Source of the DNA: the human T2T-CHM13v2.0 reference genome, Homo sapiens
Assembly: GCF_009914755.1 (NCBI RefSeq)
Contig: NC_060941.1
Direction: 5' to 3' (one strand)
DNA: 64,000 nucleotides
The position numbers and the translations under genes are program-made. This document shows positions 43,501-55,832 of the stretch, piece after piece. Numbering within the stretch: the first letter of the stretch is position 1; each line of letters starts with the position of its first letter. The notes under the pieces were generated by a model. It was not told the DNA's origin, did no database searches, and was given only the letters and a program-made list of their open reading frames with translations.

Positions 43501-44000
43501 ATGTTTTGAGCACTAAATGTGTGCCAGGCACTGATCCAGATGCTGGGATTCTGCAATGAACAAAACAAACAAACTCCTGCTCTCATGCAGCTTGTATTCT
43601 AGCTGGGAGAGACAATGAATAATAAACCAGATAAAATAAATAAATCATACATTGTGTAAGAAAAAATCAATGGCTGGAAAAAATGGGGCAGGGTAAGGGG
43701 ATCAGAAGTGGAGGAGGCGGCAATTTAAATGTTAGGCAGGGGAGAACTGGGAAGGAAGGCCTCATCCAGAAGGTGATCATTGGGCACAGACCTGAAGGAG
43801 GTGAGGGACGGAGTCATGAGCATATCTAGGGGAAGAGTACTCTGGGCAGAGGGCATAGCCTCTGAGGTGGGAGCAGCTTTGCAGATACGAGGACCAGCAG
43901 GAGGCCCATGTGGCTGGGGTGGAGTGAGAAAGGAGAAGAGTAGTGGGAGATGAGGTCAGAGACCATGAGGCCTGGATCCCTTGGGGCCTGCAGGCTGTGC
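43495..44000 (-). mobile_element. L2 3' region
   Basis: caacaaatgttttgagcactaaatgtgtgccaggcactg and downstream L2 motifs. Confidence 0.8.
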
Positions 44001-44899
44001 CCCTTGCAAAGCTCCCTCATCTTTCAGGCCCCAGCCCACATCTCCTTCTTCAAGAGAGCCTTGCAAGTTCTCCGCATTGGGACTGGGTGCGTCGCCTGCG
44101 TGTGCACCAATAGTCTGGTCACAAAGTTTCTTGCTACGTGTGTACTTTCTCATCCCCCTCCCCTGAACTCGGGTCCTGTGAAGATAGAGCCCCATCTGCC
44201 TGGGTCACCCTCACTGAGCACGGTGTGGATGACATATCTCCAAAGGGCAGTGGCTCCACCTGAACAGGATGCAGGTTCTCTCCTCATGGCTTGTTGGGAA
44301 GTTTAAATGAGACGACCTAGTCCAGGGCACCTAGTTGAACTTTTTGTCTTAGTTGGCAGATGAAACACCAATACATTTTTATGCTCTGGCTCTCCTTTCC
44401 TAGATTCCAGAATGGCCATGCAGAGGCTTATTCCTGCAGTCTCAGTGTCTTTCCACACCCAATGTATGACCCCATCAAGTTTCCTCTTGAATCAGGACAA
44501 CTCTCAGGAACAAACCGCTCAAGGGGCCCCGTCTTTCAACTCCTGGGTTCCACCCTCTCCCTAATTCAGAAAATGATAGAATCTCACCCAGCCAGATCTC
44601 CCACCTGACTCCATGTTTAATGGCCTACAAGTGTCTCCCTCGACCCTCAGACAAGCTCTTCCCAAGACAAGGGACCTTTTACTTTTAGCACTCCAGTGCA
44701 TGATGTGCTGGTATTAGTGATGGCAGATGAGCTGGTATTGCTAATAACCATTATCTCACCCGTCCACACATCCATCCACCCACTTACCCATCCACCCACT
44801 CATCTACCCCTCCATCTATCACCCAATCATCTACCCACTATCCATCCATTCTTGGTCTGCCTGGTTCTGGGGTCTGTCATCCTCTAGATGCTTTGCCTC

Positions 44900-46010
44900 A
44901 GCCTTGGTATCAATGAACTGGCATTTATGTCATATGCCACAGCCCCTGCAGGCAAGAATATTTCTCCTTGCCCTGATTGTCTGTTGGTTGCCAGCCCTTC
45001 CCTTCTCTGATCACAGAGAAGCTGGAAGCCTGCAAACTACATTTGCTAGAGCCCTTACCAGTGGGCTTCCAATTTGTTTCTGCTGGTAGGAAGCACTGAT
45101 CAATCAGAAGGCAGTAAAGTTCCTGGATCTGGGGATTTTTTTAGTGGTGGCAACAGCAGGCATGCACACCTGGGTCTTGTTCAGCCATCAACTTTCTACC
45201 AGGAGCACCCTAGCAGCCCTGTGATCCCCAGACGCTTCTGGGTGACACCTGTTCCTCCAGCCTCCATGTAAAAGCAGCTTCCTGCACTTACTTACCAATA
45301 TTTTGGCAATCTCACCTCCACTCTCACTCCTCTCATCCTTCCAACAGTTTTCATAACCAGTCCCCTGCATTAAATCCACTCTGAAGTGCCTGGGCAATTT
45401 CCATTTTCCTGACTCTTCACTGACTGGTAATGTCCTTGGTAGCAGGAATGACTTCCTAGAAATAGAGCCTTAATGCTGGAAATTGGGGACTGGTTATCTG
45501 CCTGGATTGGGCTGGAACGCAGTAATGACCTCACTGTCAGAGGGGATGTGGTACCCTGGAAAGTCACAGCATTCAGTGGCAAAACTAGTCCTCACAATAT
45601 CACCTATGTTAAGTGCCTGGCGTGAAGTGTCTCTTGAAGGCAAAGTTTGAGAGACCAAATGGCTGCAGCCCTTCATGTCATGGGGACAGCTGGAGAGACT
45701 GGTGGCTTCTGACTACACTGGAGTCAGAAGTGATAAACCCAGCTCAAAACATGGACAGAAAACCAGAGAGCATCTTTGATAACCAGAAAAGAATCTCTTT
45801 AATATCTTGTAGCCGTAAGACTGATACAACTGAAAACATAACCCTAAATTTGATTCTGCAGGTTGCAGTTACAACACAAGTTGAAGTCACAGCCTTGCCG
45901 GAACTCTTATGTAAAGTTTAGGGCATTGGATCTGGAAGGAGTGGGACCCTGAGAATCGTAAAGGGATATTTGGGTGGACTTGAGCAAATCCAAGAACCCT
46001 GAACTGAGGA
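44900..46010 (+). mobile_element. ERVL-class remnant: LTR16/33-like LTR (~44900-45430) plus decayed internal/gag region
   Basis: gaagctggaagcctgcaaactacattt LTR motif. At ~45915-46005, a frameshifted RAL..KEWDPEN..DIWVD motif like ERVL gag. Confidence 0.6.
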
Positions 46011-46169
46011 AGAGCAGTGTGAGTACATGGTCAGGGGCTCCATGAATATTCCTGCCTGCAACCCCAGCTTCACAGGCAATTCAGCCTTCTCCACACTGGC
46101 CCGGCACTGGCTAGCTGCTCACCTTATGGCTCGAGGCAGGACCCCCCGCAGCCTTGCAGCTGAGTGGGA

Positions 46170-49100
46170 AGTTGCTGGAAGTTGTATCTGTTTATTGCTT
46201 TTAAGGCTGTCATGAGCAGACATAAGACCTCATATCACACAAGCTTGATGCCACCAAGAGGACGGGAGCTGGGCTGGGTCCTGAGCCCTTCTAGCGGTGT
46301 GGCTTTGGCTTGTGACCCCCGACTCTGAGCCTCAGTATCATCTATCAAATAGGCCTAATAATGGGCATGTCCCGGGACTGCTGTGAAAACGAAGTGGAGT
46401 AAGATTGCAACGGGGCCTGGTGAGGTGGCTCACGCCTGTAATCCCAACACTTTGGGAGGCCGAGGTGGGCGGATCATTTGAGGTCAGGTGTTCAAGACCA
46501 GCCTGGCCAACATGGTGAAACCCCGTCTCTACTAAAAATACAAAAATTAGCCAGGCATGGTGGTGGGCACCTGTAATTCCAGCTACTCGGGAAGCTGAGG
46601 CAGGAGAATTGCTTGACCCGGGAGGTGGAGGTTGCAGTGAGCTGAGATCGCACCTCTGCACTCCAGCCTGGGCGACAGAGCAAGACTCCCATCTCAAAAA
46701 AAAGATTGCAACAGGCCTGGCAATTTATCTTTCATTCTGAGTAGCCATGTAACCCCTAGTGGTAACTAGGAGAAATTGTCCTCCAGCAGTCTGTCCCCTC
46801 CCTCAGTAGCTGGGGCGGAATGAGATATGGCCCTGGGCCTGGTGCAAGATTTTCACTTGTTTTGGAAGCATTAGCCACAGCTTTTCCTTGATGGGCATGT
46901 GTTATCATGAGGCTGGGCCTCACCTCCCTGCATTGGACCAGAAATTCTAAAGGAAGCAACTTCTTATGGCACAGCGGATCTCATGCATGGCATCACTGCC
47001 CCTTCCCTAGGAGACCGCACAAAGCCACTCAGCTTCATAGCTGGGCTGTGGCCTCAGAGGCTTTTGTGCCTGGAGGTGGCAGGGAACTGTGGTGTGGGGG
47101 CTGGGCCAGCCGGGAAGGTAGAGCCGCCCAGACTGGGGTCTGGGTTCCTGAAGTCACTGTTATCCTGCAGGGAGACCTCAGCCAAGCCCCAGTGACACGC
47201 AGGGTCTCGCTCTCCACGCTGAAGGCTGTGCTGAGGGCTGAGCAAAAAGAGGCCAGACACCAGGGAGGGAAGCCCGCCTCCCCCTCCCCACCTCGACCTC
47301 CACACCAGTTAAGGCTGACCGGCAGGTTGCTGTGGGGGAAGCGACAGCGTGCAGACAGCACTGCATGCCAGGCCACACCTTTTATGGAAATGTTCCTCTG
47401 AGACCTGTTGATGAGCTTGGAGAATGAGGAAGGGGACGGTCCAGCGGCCAGCTGGGTCCACACCCTGCCGCCGGCCCTGAGGAGGGAAGGCACGAGTCAC
47501 TGCCTATTTTGACCCGGCAAGAAATACAAACCCACAGGGTGAGGCGGGCAGAAAAGCAGCTCTGTGGGAGACCTGCAGGCCCCTGAGCATCCCCTGCCCC
47601 AGTCAGGTTCTCGCCCAGGTGCATAAACCGGCCCCATGTGGCTGCATCCTTACCAAGGACCCCCAGATGACCGGACAGGAGGGGTGAGGCTAGGCTGCCA
47701 GGCAGACAGGGTAGCACCAGATGGGATGGGCTGGGGGCTCCAGGGCAGGGTGTCTGTGGCAACCCAACCTGGGAAGATGTTATTGCTCTGCTGGAGACCT
47801 TGGGCCAGGCCCCGCGAAGCCCTGCCTAGCCCCTTGGCGTGGGTTAGCGGTGCTTTAAGGCAGCCCGAGGCGAGGAGGCCAGGTCATACCTGCGGGAGCT
47901 TGATCAGGCCTCATGAGAAAGCCCTAGTCTCAGTTCCTGGGCCCAGGGCCTCTGCAGGCCTCCACCACCCCATGCTGCCTAGTTCAAGTATTTGTTGTGG
48001 GCTGGCCAGATCAAGAGTCACCTGCTAGAACACAGGGGTAGGAATCTTAGGTGGGAGTGGGAACAGAGTGGCACCAGGCCCATTCCCTCCTGGCTCTCAA
48101 GGTCCATGCTGGCCCTCAGGGGCTTCCTGTGGGGGACTCTTTGTGCTGTCACTGCAAGGGACCCTCCTGCGGATGGGCTGGAGGCCACAGGGACATGGCC
48201 CCAGCTCACTGAGCTCCTGAGTGGTCATGATTGACTATGTGCTTGAACTTGGGGAGGGACGTGTAGATGGGAAGGGGGTGACCTTAGGGAGGGTAAAAGA
48301 GGACCCTAGCTCTGCTGCCCTGGGACAGTAAGGGGAAGGCCCAGGCCTGGCTGCCCATCCTCTGTGCCTACAACCTGCTCTTTCCTTAAATTCTGCCAGC
48401 AATGGGCCACCCCTAGCCCCGGAGCAGCTCAGCCCACCTCCTGCCAGCTGCATCTCCCTGGAGGCCCAGGGCTTTCTCCGACCTCTCACACAAGCCCTTT
48501 GCAAAAGAGCTGACTTCCTGGAGGCCAGGGCAGGAGCATCTGCCACAGGTCAAGGGGCAGGGATGTCGGGGGTACTCAGGATGGTGACCCCTGCTGGTCC
48601 ATGCTGTGACCCACAGCAGGGGTTTCGAGGAGACTCCGGGGCTCGGGGACCCCCATCGGCAGGCTGCCAGGCCTCCCTGCACATGCAGGTCTCCGTGGTC
48701 CTGCGTCCAGGCAGGAAGGCCCCTGGGCTGCTGTTGCTGGAGAAGGAATGTGGGGGGTCTCGGTGCCAAGACTGGGGATAGCAAGGAGGTGAGTGGGAAA
48801 TGCAACCACAGGCCAGCCAGCGCCCGTGCATGGAGTCAAAGGGAGGAGTCAGCATGGTGACCACTGCCCCTGCACCGGGGGAGGAAGGCATGGGGGTCCT
48901 GGTGAACCTCTCCCTGTACTGCCCAGAGCCCAGCCTGACTCCCCCCGAAGCCGGGTAGGGATGCATCACTCCGACTAACAAATGTCTCAGCCCTAAAGGG
49001 CCCCTGGCTCCAGGTCACCCTCCAGCTCTACAGAAGGGCAGGGACGAATCTGATCCTTGTTAGCACTGACACAAGAGGGCGGGACCTGAGTCAGCCCCAG

Positions 49101-50218
49101 GGGAAGCCAGCATGCCCTGGAAAGGCTGGTCCCACCAAAGCATGCTAGTGTGTCTCCCAGGCTGCACCCAGGAAGGCTGGGTTGGGGAGGAGCCCAGGGC
49201 CAGATGGGCAGCAAAGTGTATCCGGCTGTAGCCAGCCACAAAAGAGGACACTGATGTCTGGCAGCAGCACAGAAACCCCTGTGGCTGATGTTTCTTCCTC
49301 TTGGATGCTGAGGGTGGTTTTTGGAGAATAGTCAGCTTCACTCCCACCCCAGCCCCAAGGCATCTCCTCGGAGAAGGCTCAGGCAGGTGGCCAAGGCCAG
49401 CAAGGGGCGGGCCTGCAGCTGCTCAGGCCCCCTTGGATCTCCTCCTGGCAGACAGGGGTATAGGGGATAGCAGCCCATGGGGATGGGGCCTTGGTTTCCT
49501 GCAGAACCTACACGAGAGGCCAAAAAAAAGATGGGGGTACCAAGGAGAGGAAAACACCCCCGGCACCCACCACCAGCCCGCCTGTAGACTGCATCCTGTG
49601 TGTTCACATGTGTGAACCGCACATACGGTTGAGCCTGGCCAGTGCTCAGTCCTTCACTCTGCTGGTCTCTGTCAGGGAGAGCTGACCCTTTCCAGGGCCC
49701 TGCCTGCACTGGGCATGGGGGTCTGAGAAAGGGGCAGCACCGCTGGCAGGTGGGGTCTGGCACTGCCACCCTCAGAAGCTGGCACACGAGGTTTCTTATT
49801 GCTCCTCTTGGCTCTGGAGCACACCTTCTTAATTTCCAGAAAGGACACAGGCCCAGGAGAGGTGGCAGCAGGGGTCCCACACTGGCCCTCCTGCTGATCT
49901 CCAAGTGGAGCCCGGTGGGCAGGATGCAGGCTGGCTCTAGCCCCTACGTGTGACCCACAGGCCTCCCACGAAGCCGCTGGTCTCTGCAGAGTGAGAGGTG
50001 CCGGGACTACCTGGCCTCCTTGCCGCCTCGGTTACCGGGTCACCGCCCATCATTGGTCAGCTGCCTCCAGGGATCTGGACGTGGGGCACAGATGAGTGTC
50101 CTTACAAAAATAACTCTGAGTCTGTTCCCAGTGGGACCAGGTTCCTGAGAGCACGTGGGGCCAGGCAAAGGCCACGTGGAAGAGTCCGGCAGGGAGCGCT
50201 CCCGCCTGCAGGCCAGGG
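46170..50218 (-). other. NATD1: Probable ~4 kb NATD1 3'UTR ending near AATAAA (46196-46191); alternative ATTAAA at 45803-45798
   Basis: First canonical minus-strand hexamer I found after the stop codon (visual scan). Confidence 0.6.
46413..46702 (+). mobile_element. Alu in the probable NATD1 3'UTR (antisense to the mRNA)
   Basis: Consensus dimer with TSD aagattgcaac. Confidence 0.93.
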
Positions 50219-50335
50219 TTACGGCTGCAGGCGCTCCAGGTACTGCGGCAGGGGGTTCTCCTTGACGTACTTCTGGATGTACCAGCAGGTGAGATGGGCC
50301 TTCAGGTCCTCCTCCACCACGAAGTCCAGGGCGGC
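50219..50335 (-). CDS. NATD1: NATD1 coding exon 3 (117 nt: [38 protein letters not shown])
   Basis: Pyrimidine tract and CCCAG acceptor, TAA at 50221-50219. Total CDS is 342 nt (113 aa). Confidence 0.95.
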   Translation of the reverse strand, partial: AALDFVVEEDLKAHLTCWYIQKYVKENPLPQYLERLQP

Positions 50336-51011
50336 CTGGGAGCCGGGCAGAGAGGAGAGTGGTCAGGGCCTGCAGCCGGCACCAGAAGGTAGCATTGTCT
50401 GCTGCCTCCCCAGGCCCGGCTCCCTGGCCACCCTTCCACTTTGCCCAGGTCAGTAACTCCCTTGAGTTTCAGTGTCACCTGGGATGATCCCCACAGACTG
50501 GTCTGGTACACAAGGAAAAAACACATCACCTCTCCCCTACAAGCCCCCTTGCCCCAGGCAGCATGGAGGACAAAGGTTGCCCTGCAATTCTCCTGGCGGG
50601 GTGGGGGTGGAGGAGGGGAAGCCAGCAGACGGCCCAGCTAAGTCCCAGCAGCAGCCCTCAGGGGAGTGACGGTCATTCTTTGCTCTGGCTGTAACTCCCT
50701 TCATTAAGCCCAAACCTGCTCTCCAGGCAGCCTGGGGTTTGGGATGCCCTGAGGATGAAGGGGTTGGGGGCAGGAATGGGGCTCCTGTGAAGCACCTGCC
50801 ACACAGGAGGTGTGTGAGGATCTTGGAGGCTCAGCCACGCCAGGGTCTTGCAGAACAGGAGCCTGGGCCCAGAAAGGCGGCCACTGGCCCAGAGAGGACC
50901 CAGGGCCAAGAAGCAGGCTGAAGTGGCCACCAGGGCCACCGTCTCCTCGGAGCGAAGGTGGCAGCCCCCATGTCCCCGTCCCCGCTTGGCCCTGCCGCCT
51001 GCCTGCCCTAC

Positions 51012-51130
51012 CTTGGCAAGGTGCTTGGCGATGCCACGCCCACGGTAGGCATCTGGGACCTCGGTGTGCTGCAGGTCCACGATCCGCTTGCCCACGTACT
51101 CATAGAGCAGGACGGCCCGGTCATGACATC
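51012..51130 (-). CDS. NATD1: NATD1 coding exon 2 (119 nt: [39 protein letters not shown])
   Basis: Acceptor CCCCCAG, donor AAG|GTAGGG. Carries the GNAT acetyl-CoA motif V-x4-RGRGIA. Frame is consistent with exon 1. Confidence 0.95.
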
Positions 51131-53124
51131 CTGGGGGTTGTGGAGACAGGTAAGCCTATGCTGACTCCCATCCCAGCGGACTCAGGCACCAAGACGGGTG
51201 GAGGGACAGGCATTTGGAGTCATTCAGCTGCTACAGCTGAATCCTGAATAACCTCTCAGTGCCTCAGTCTCCTCATCCATAAAGTGGAGGTACAATAAAA
51301 TGTCCTTCATAGGGTGGTTTGGAGGATTAAATGAGGTAACCTCTGTGACGTGCTTACAGCCATGCCTAGAACACTTGAGCCCCACATGAACCTTTGCTAC
51401 TGCGTCAGTCCTAGCATCCCAGGGCCCTGCCACCCCTTTCTGTAGCCCTGCTCCCTGCATCCCCACCCCACCACATCCCTGGATCTGGGAGTCCCAGAAC
51501 CCAGCACTGGACACAGAACAGGGCTCAGCAAATCTGCAACTAAGGCAGAGCATGAAGAGATTAGAGAGGCAGCGCTGCGCCACGCATCAGGACCACCTGC
51601 TGGACCCTGAGAGAGACGCAGCAGGAAAGATCAGAGGCCTGTGGTAGAGTTCATGAGAAACTGACGCTGGGCACAGGAGGCAGGAACAAACGGGTTTTCA
51701 CACTCCACCAGGCCTGCCAAGCCTGGAGCTCACCAGTCCACCCCAAACTGCTGCTGGGCAAACAATTAACTGAACTTTTTCCTAATCACAGTTTTTAGTG
51801 TCTCATCTATTTGTCTCTCCACCTACCCATCCATCAACCCACCCATCCACTTATCCATCCACCAAATGTTTCCTGAGCCCCAGGTACTGTTTCAGATGCT
51901 GGGAGTATAGCAACAAACAAGCTAGACATGGAGTCCTACCCCCATGAAACCGGAAGGGGAGAAAGAGAATAAACATGAAAAGCAAGTGATGTGTAGGATG
52001 CCAGGGAATGGGGGCAGGTGAAGACAGGAAGGAGAGGGCACCAGCCATTCTGAGGGAACAGTGTTCTGGGCAGAGGGAACAGCCAGTGCAAAGGCTCTGA
52101 GGCAGGAGTAGGCCTGAATGAGGGGCCGCTGGAGTGGGGTGGGTGAGGGGAAGGGCAGAGATGGGGGCAGGGAGGTGATAGGGCAGGTCCTGCAGAGCCT
52201 CCTAAGCCTTCTGAGCTGGGCGCCACTAGAAGGCCCTCAGCAAAGGGACAGATGTGATTCACTCTTTAAAATCATGCTGTGTTTCATGTGTTTTAACTTC
52301 AAAGCGCCAGAAAATCTGCCCTTAAAGCCTGTGCTGGGCAACACGAGGGGAAGGCTGACAGGCCAAGAGGTCCAACCACTAGTCCAGGGCCACCGGAACT
52401 GGGGCCAACGGCAGCAAGGAGGCCTTCTGGCTCTTGGTATCTCCTTTGATTCTCCCCAAAGCCTCAGGAGAGTGGCTACAATTCATCTCCCCATTTCCAG
52501 ATGAGGAACTACTGAGATGCAGGGATCCAAGTCACACAGCAGGCCAAGATGACGCTGGAGCCCAGGCCTGCAGGTCCTGAGCCACAGCCATTCTTTCTGC
52601 TCCACCGACACACCTGCTACTTCCTGCACCCGCCATCGCCTAGGCACTTCCCTCTGCCTGATGCCCTTTCTCCGTTCCTGCCAGGCCCAGCTGAGGGTTC
52701 CCCAGCCCCACTCCCCTCATGCCTGCAGCCCCGCCCCCACACCAGCCCTGCTGCCTCCTCCTTGTGGGCCTGACTGTCCTTCTGTGGACTATGCCTGCCA
52801 CCCTGGCCAAGGCCCAGCTGTGGCCACTGCCGCCTGTCCTGGCTGCACAGCAAGGGATGTGGTTCTTGGCTCCCCACCTGCTGGGGTTAATTCAACTCAC
52901 CCAGGACAGGAGAGCAGAGATCGGAGGCTATTCTGGGACTGACTCCGTCACCAAGGGAGCTGCCTACCTAGCCTGGCCATTTAATTACCCCAGGCTCATT
53001 GAGGGCCTACTGTGTCCCAGTAGGGTTTGGGCTGCAGGGCAGGCAGCAGCGAACAAAACTGATGAAACTCTTCCTCATGGAGATCTTACGTACTGATGAA
53101 GACACACAATAAGTAATATCATTA

Positions 53125-53609
<485 letters not shown>

Positions 53610-54438
53610 TCACAGAGGCCACACAGGTGATAAGCTGACAGGTGCCAAGGATCACTATACAGCAGAGGAGGGGTGGGGAGGGGCAGGGCTGCCACTGTAA
53701 AGAGGGCATACAAGGACCCCAAAGGACATGTGGGGTATGAGCCGCCCACTGGTGAGAACAGCACGTGCAAAGGCCCTGGGGTAGGAGGTTGAAGGAAGAG
53801 CAAGGAGGCCAGAGTGGCTGGGCCCAAACAAGCCGGGAGTGAGGGTTGGGAAACCAAGTCAGAGATCCTGGGGCCAGACCACACAGGGCCCTGCAAGCCA
53901 CCAAAAAAACCTCAGCTTTTGCTCCAGCAGTCTCTGCAGAGCAGGGAGGTGGATACAAGAAGCCTGGCAAGCTCATTACTACTCCTCTGTGCACACCCTG
54001 CGTCAGTGTTTCTGGAGTAGCCACCTGGGCCATGGATGGACCTGACCCTGGGAGTCCTCAGAACTTCTCTGCCTCCCATTGACCCTCAGTGATCGCACAG
54101 CTCAGCCACTACCATATTCCAGGCACCCAGCTCGGCGTAGACACCCAAGAAATGTTTGTCCAACTAAAACAACTGCTTTCTGTCTTTGCCAGACACACAC
54201 TAGGGCCTTGTGGCAGACCTGTGGACAACTGGCTGGACCAGCATGCTGGCCTTCCCACAGCCAGGCCTGCACCTCAGGCTGTGGCTCCCAGGAGACAGCA
54301 GGACAGAAGCGGTGGTGGCCCAAGCGTGTGCAGCCCCAGCACAGGGCAGGCTCGTGCTCTGCTCTCTCCACACAACGATCCTCACAACCATCCCACTAAA
54401 CACGATTCTCACAGCCCCGTGTACAGATGGGGAAACCG

Positions 54439-54861
54439 AGGCCCAGGAGGGAGGAAGGTGGTGGTGATCATCCCGGGACAGGTCAGTTCTCTGGGGCAGA
54501 GAGGTGTCGGGACTGGGGTAAGATCACCTGGCAGAGTTGAGACTGGAACTGAGGGCCCTGCCCTGCCCTAAGCTTGCTCCTGTGGCTCCCAAGTGACAAG
54601 TCCTGCCCCCCTGTGCTAGTCTGAGGTCTGGAGCTCTCAAGGCAGCTCTTAGAGCCTAGCCCAGATAAGGGCCTATGGCCTGGACCAGGCCTAGAGGCGA
54701 TGCCTGTGTCACTGTGAGCCGAGACAGCAGGATCCACAGTGCCCAGAAGTGAAAGCGTGGCTGACAGTGCTACCCTGGTGTCCTGCTGTCCCGTCATGGG
54801 TGCTGCGGGCAGTCAGGGGAGGCCTCTGGGCAGGTGACGTTTGGGCTCACCTGGAATGAGA
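54439..54861 (+). repeat. Left arm of a non-Alu inverted duplication (423 bp)
   Basis: Reverse complement of 55419-55832. Mirrored ORFs 54483..54797(-) and 55483..55764(+). Confidence 0.97.
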
Positions 54862-55418
54862 GTCACGGAGGTGTATGGAGTTGACTGGGGATAGGGCTGA
54901 GTCAAAGGAGGGTCTTCAGGCTGAAAGGGGAACAGAGGGCATCTGGGGTGGCCACGGTGGTGGTGGGGCTGTATGTGAGGAAAAGACCGAGTTTAAATGG
55001 ACACCCTACATGGGCCAGACCACATGGCACTGGGCCAGCGAGGAGCCAGGCTCCTGGGCAGCAACCTCGGAGCATCTGGCCAGGACCTGAACCCCACCTT
55101 GGAGGGCCTTCAAAGGCCACCCAGTCACAAGTGTTACACCCATGACACAGGCCACAAATGCAATACCGGTCCTCACGCTCAACTCCTTGTCCTGCCCCAA
55201 ACCTGCCTGGACATCCCAGGAAAATGCCCAAGTCCCCAAAGCTTGACCAAGGTCCTTGGCTCCTCCTCACCTTTTCTCATCTGACCTGACCCTCGGCAGG
55301 ACCGTGGACATGGCTTTCTAAACATGCCTGGGGTCCAGCTGCCTCTCTGGCCTCCCTGCCTTGGTGGCTGCTCCCCTGCCTGTCACCTTTCTGCCCAGGG
55401 CCTCCGGGGACCCTTCCT

Positions 55419-55832
55419 TCTCATTTCAGGTGAGCCCAAAGGTCACGTGCCCAGAAGCCTCCCCTGACCACCCGCAGCCCCCATGATGGGACAGCAGGAC
55501 ACCAGGGTAGCACTGTCAGCCACGCTTTCACTTCTGGGCACTGTGGATCCTGCTGTCTCGGCTCACAGTGACATAGGCATAGCCTCTGGGCCTGGCCCAG
55601 GCCCTTATCTGGGCAGCTCTAAGAGCTGCCTTGAGAGCTCCAGACCTCAGACTAGCACAGGGGGGCAAGACTTGTCACTTGGGAGCCACAGGAGCAAGCC
55701 TAGGGCAGGGCAGGGCCCTCAGTTCCAGTCTCAACTCTGCCAGGTGATCTTATGCCAGTCCTGACACCCCTCTGCCCCAGAGACCTCACCTGTCCCTGGA
55801 TGATCACTACCACCCTCCTCCCTCCTGGGCCT
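55419..55832 (-). repeat. Right arm of the inverted duplication (414 bp)
   Basis: Hand alignment to the left arm gives about 23 substitutions and 9 nt of indels. Confidence 0.97.

Noticed and set aside
54483-55764. Paralogous ORF pair MTGQQDTRV.../MMGQQDTRV...
   Set aside because: Simply the two arms of the inverted repeat. An indel shifts the frame locally and I recognise no protein family.
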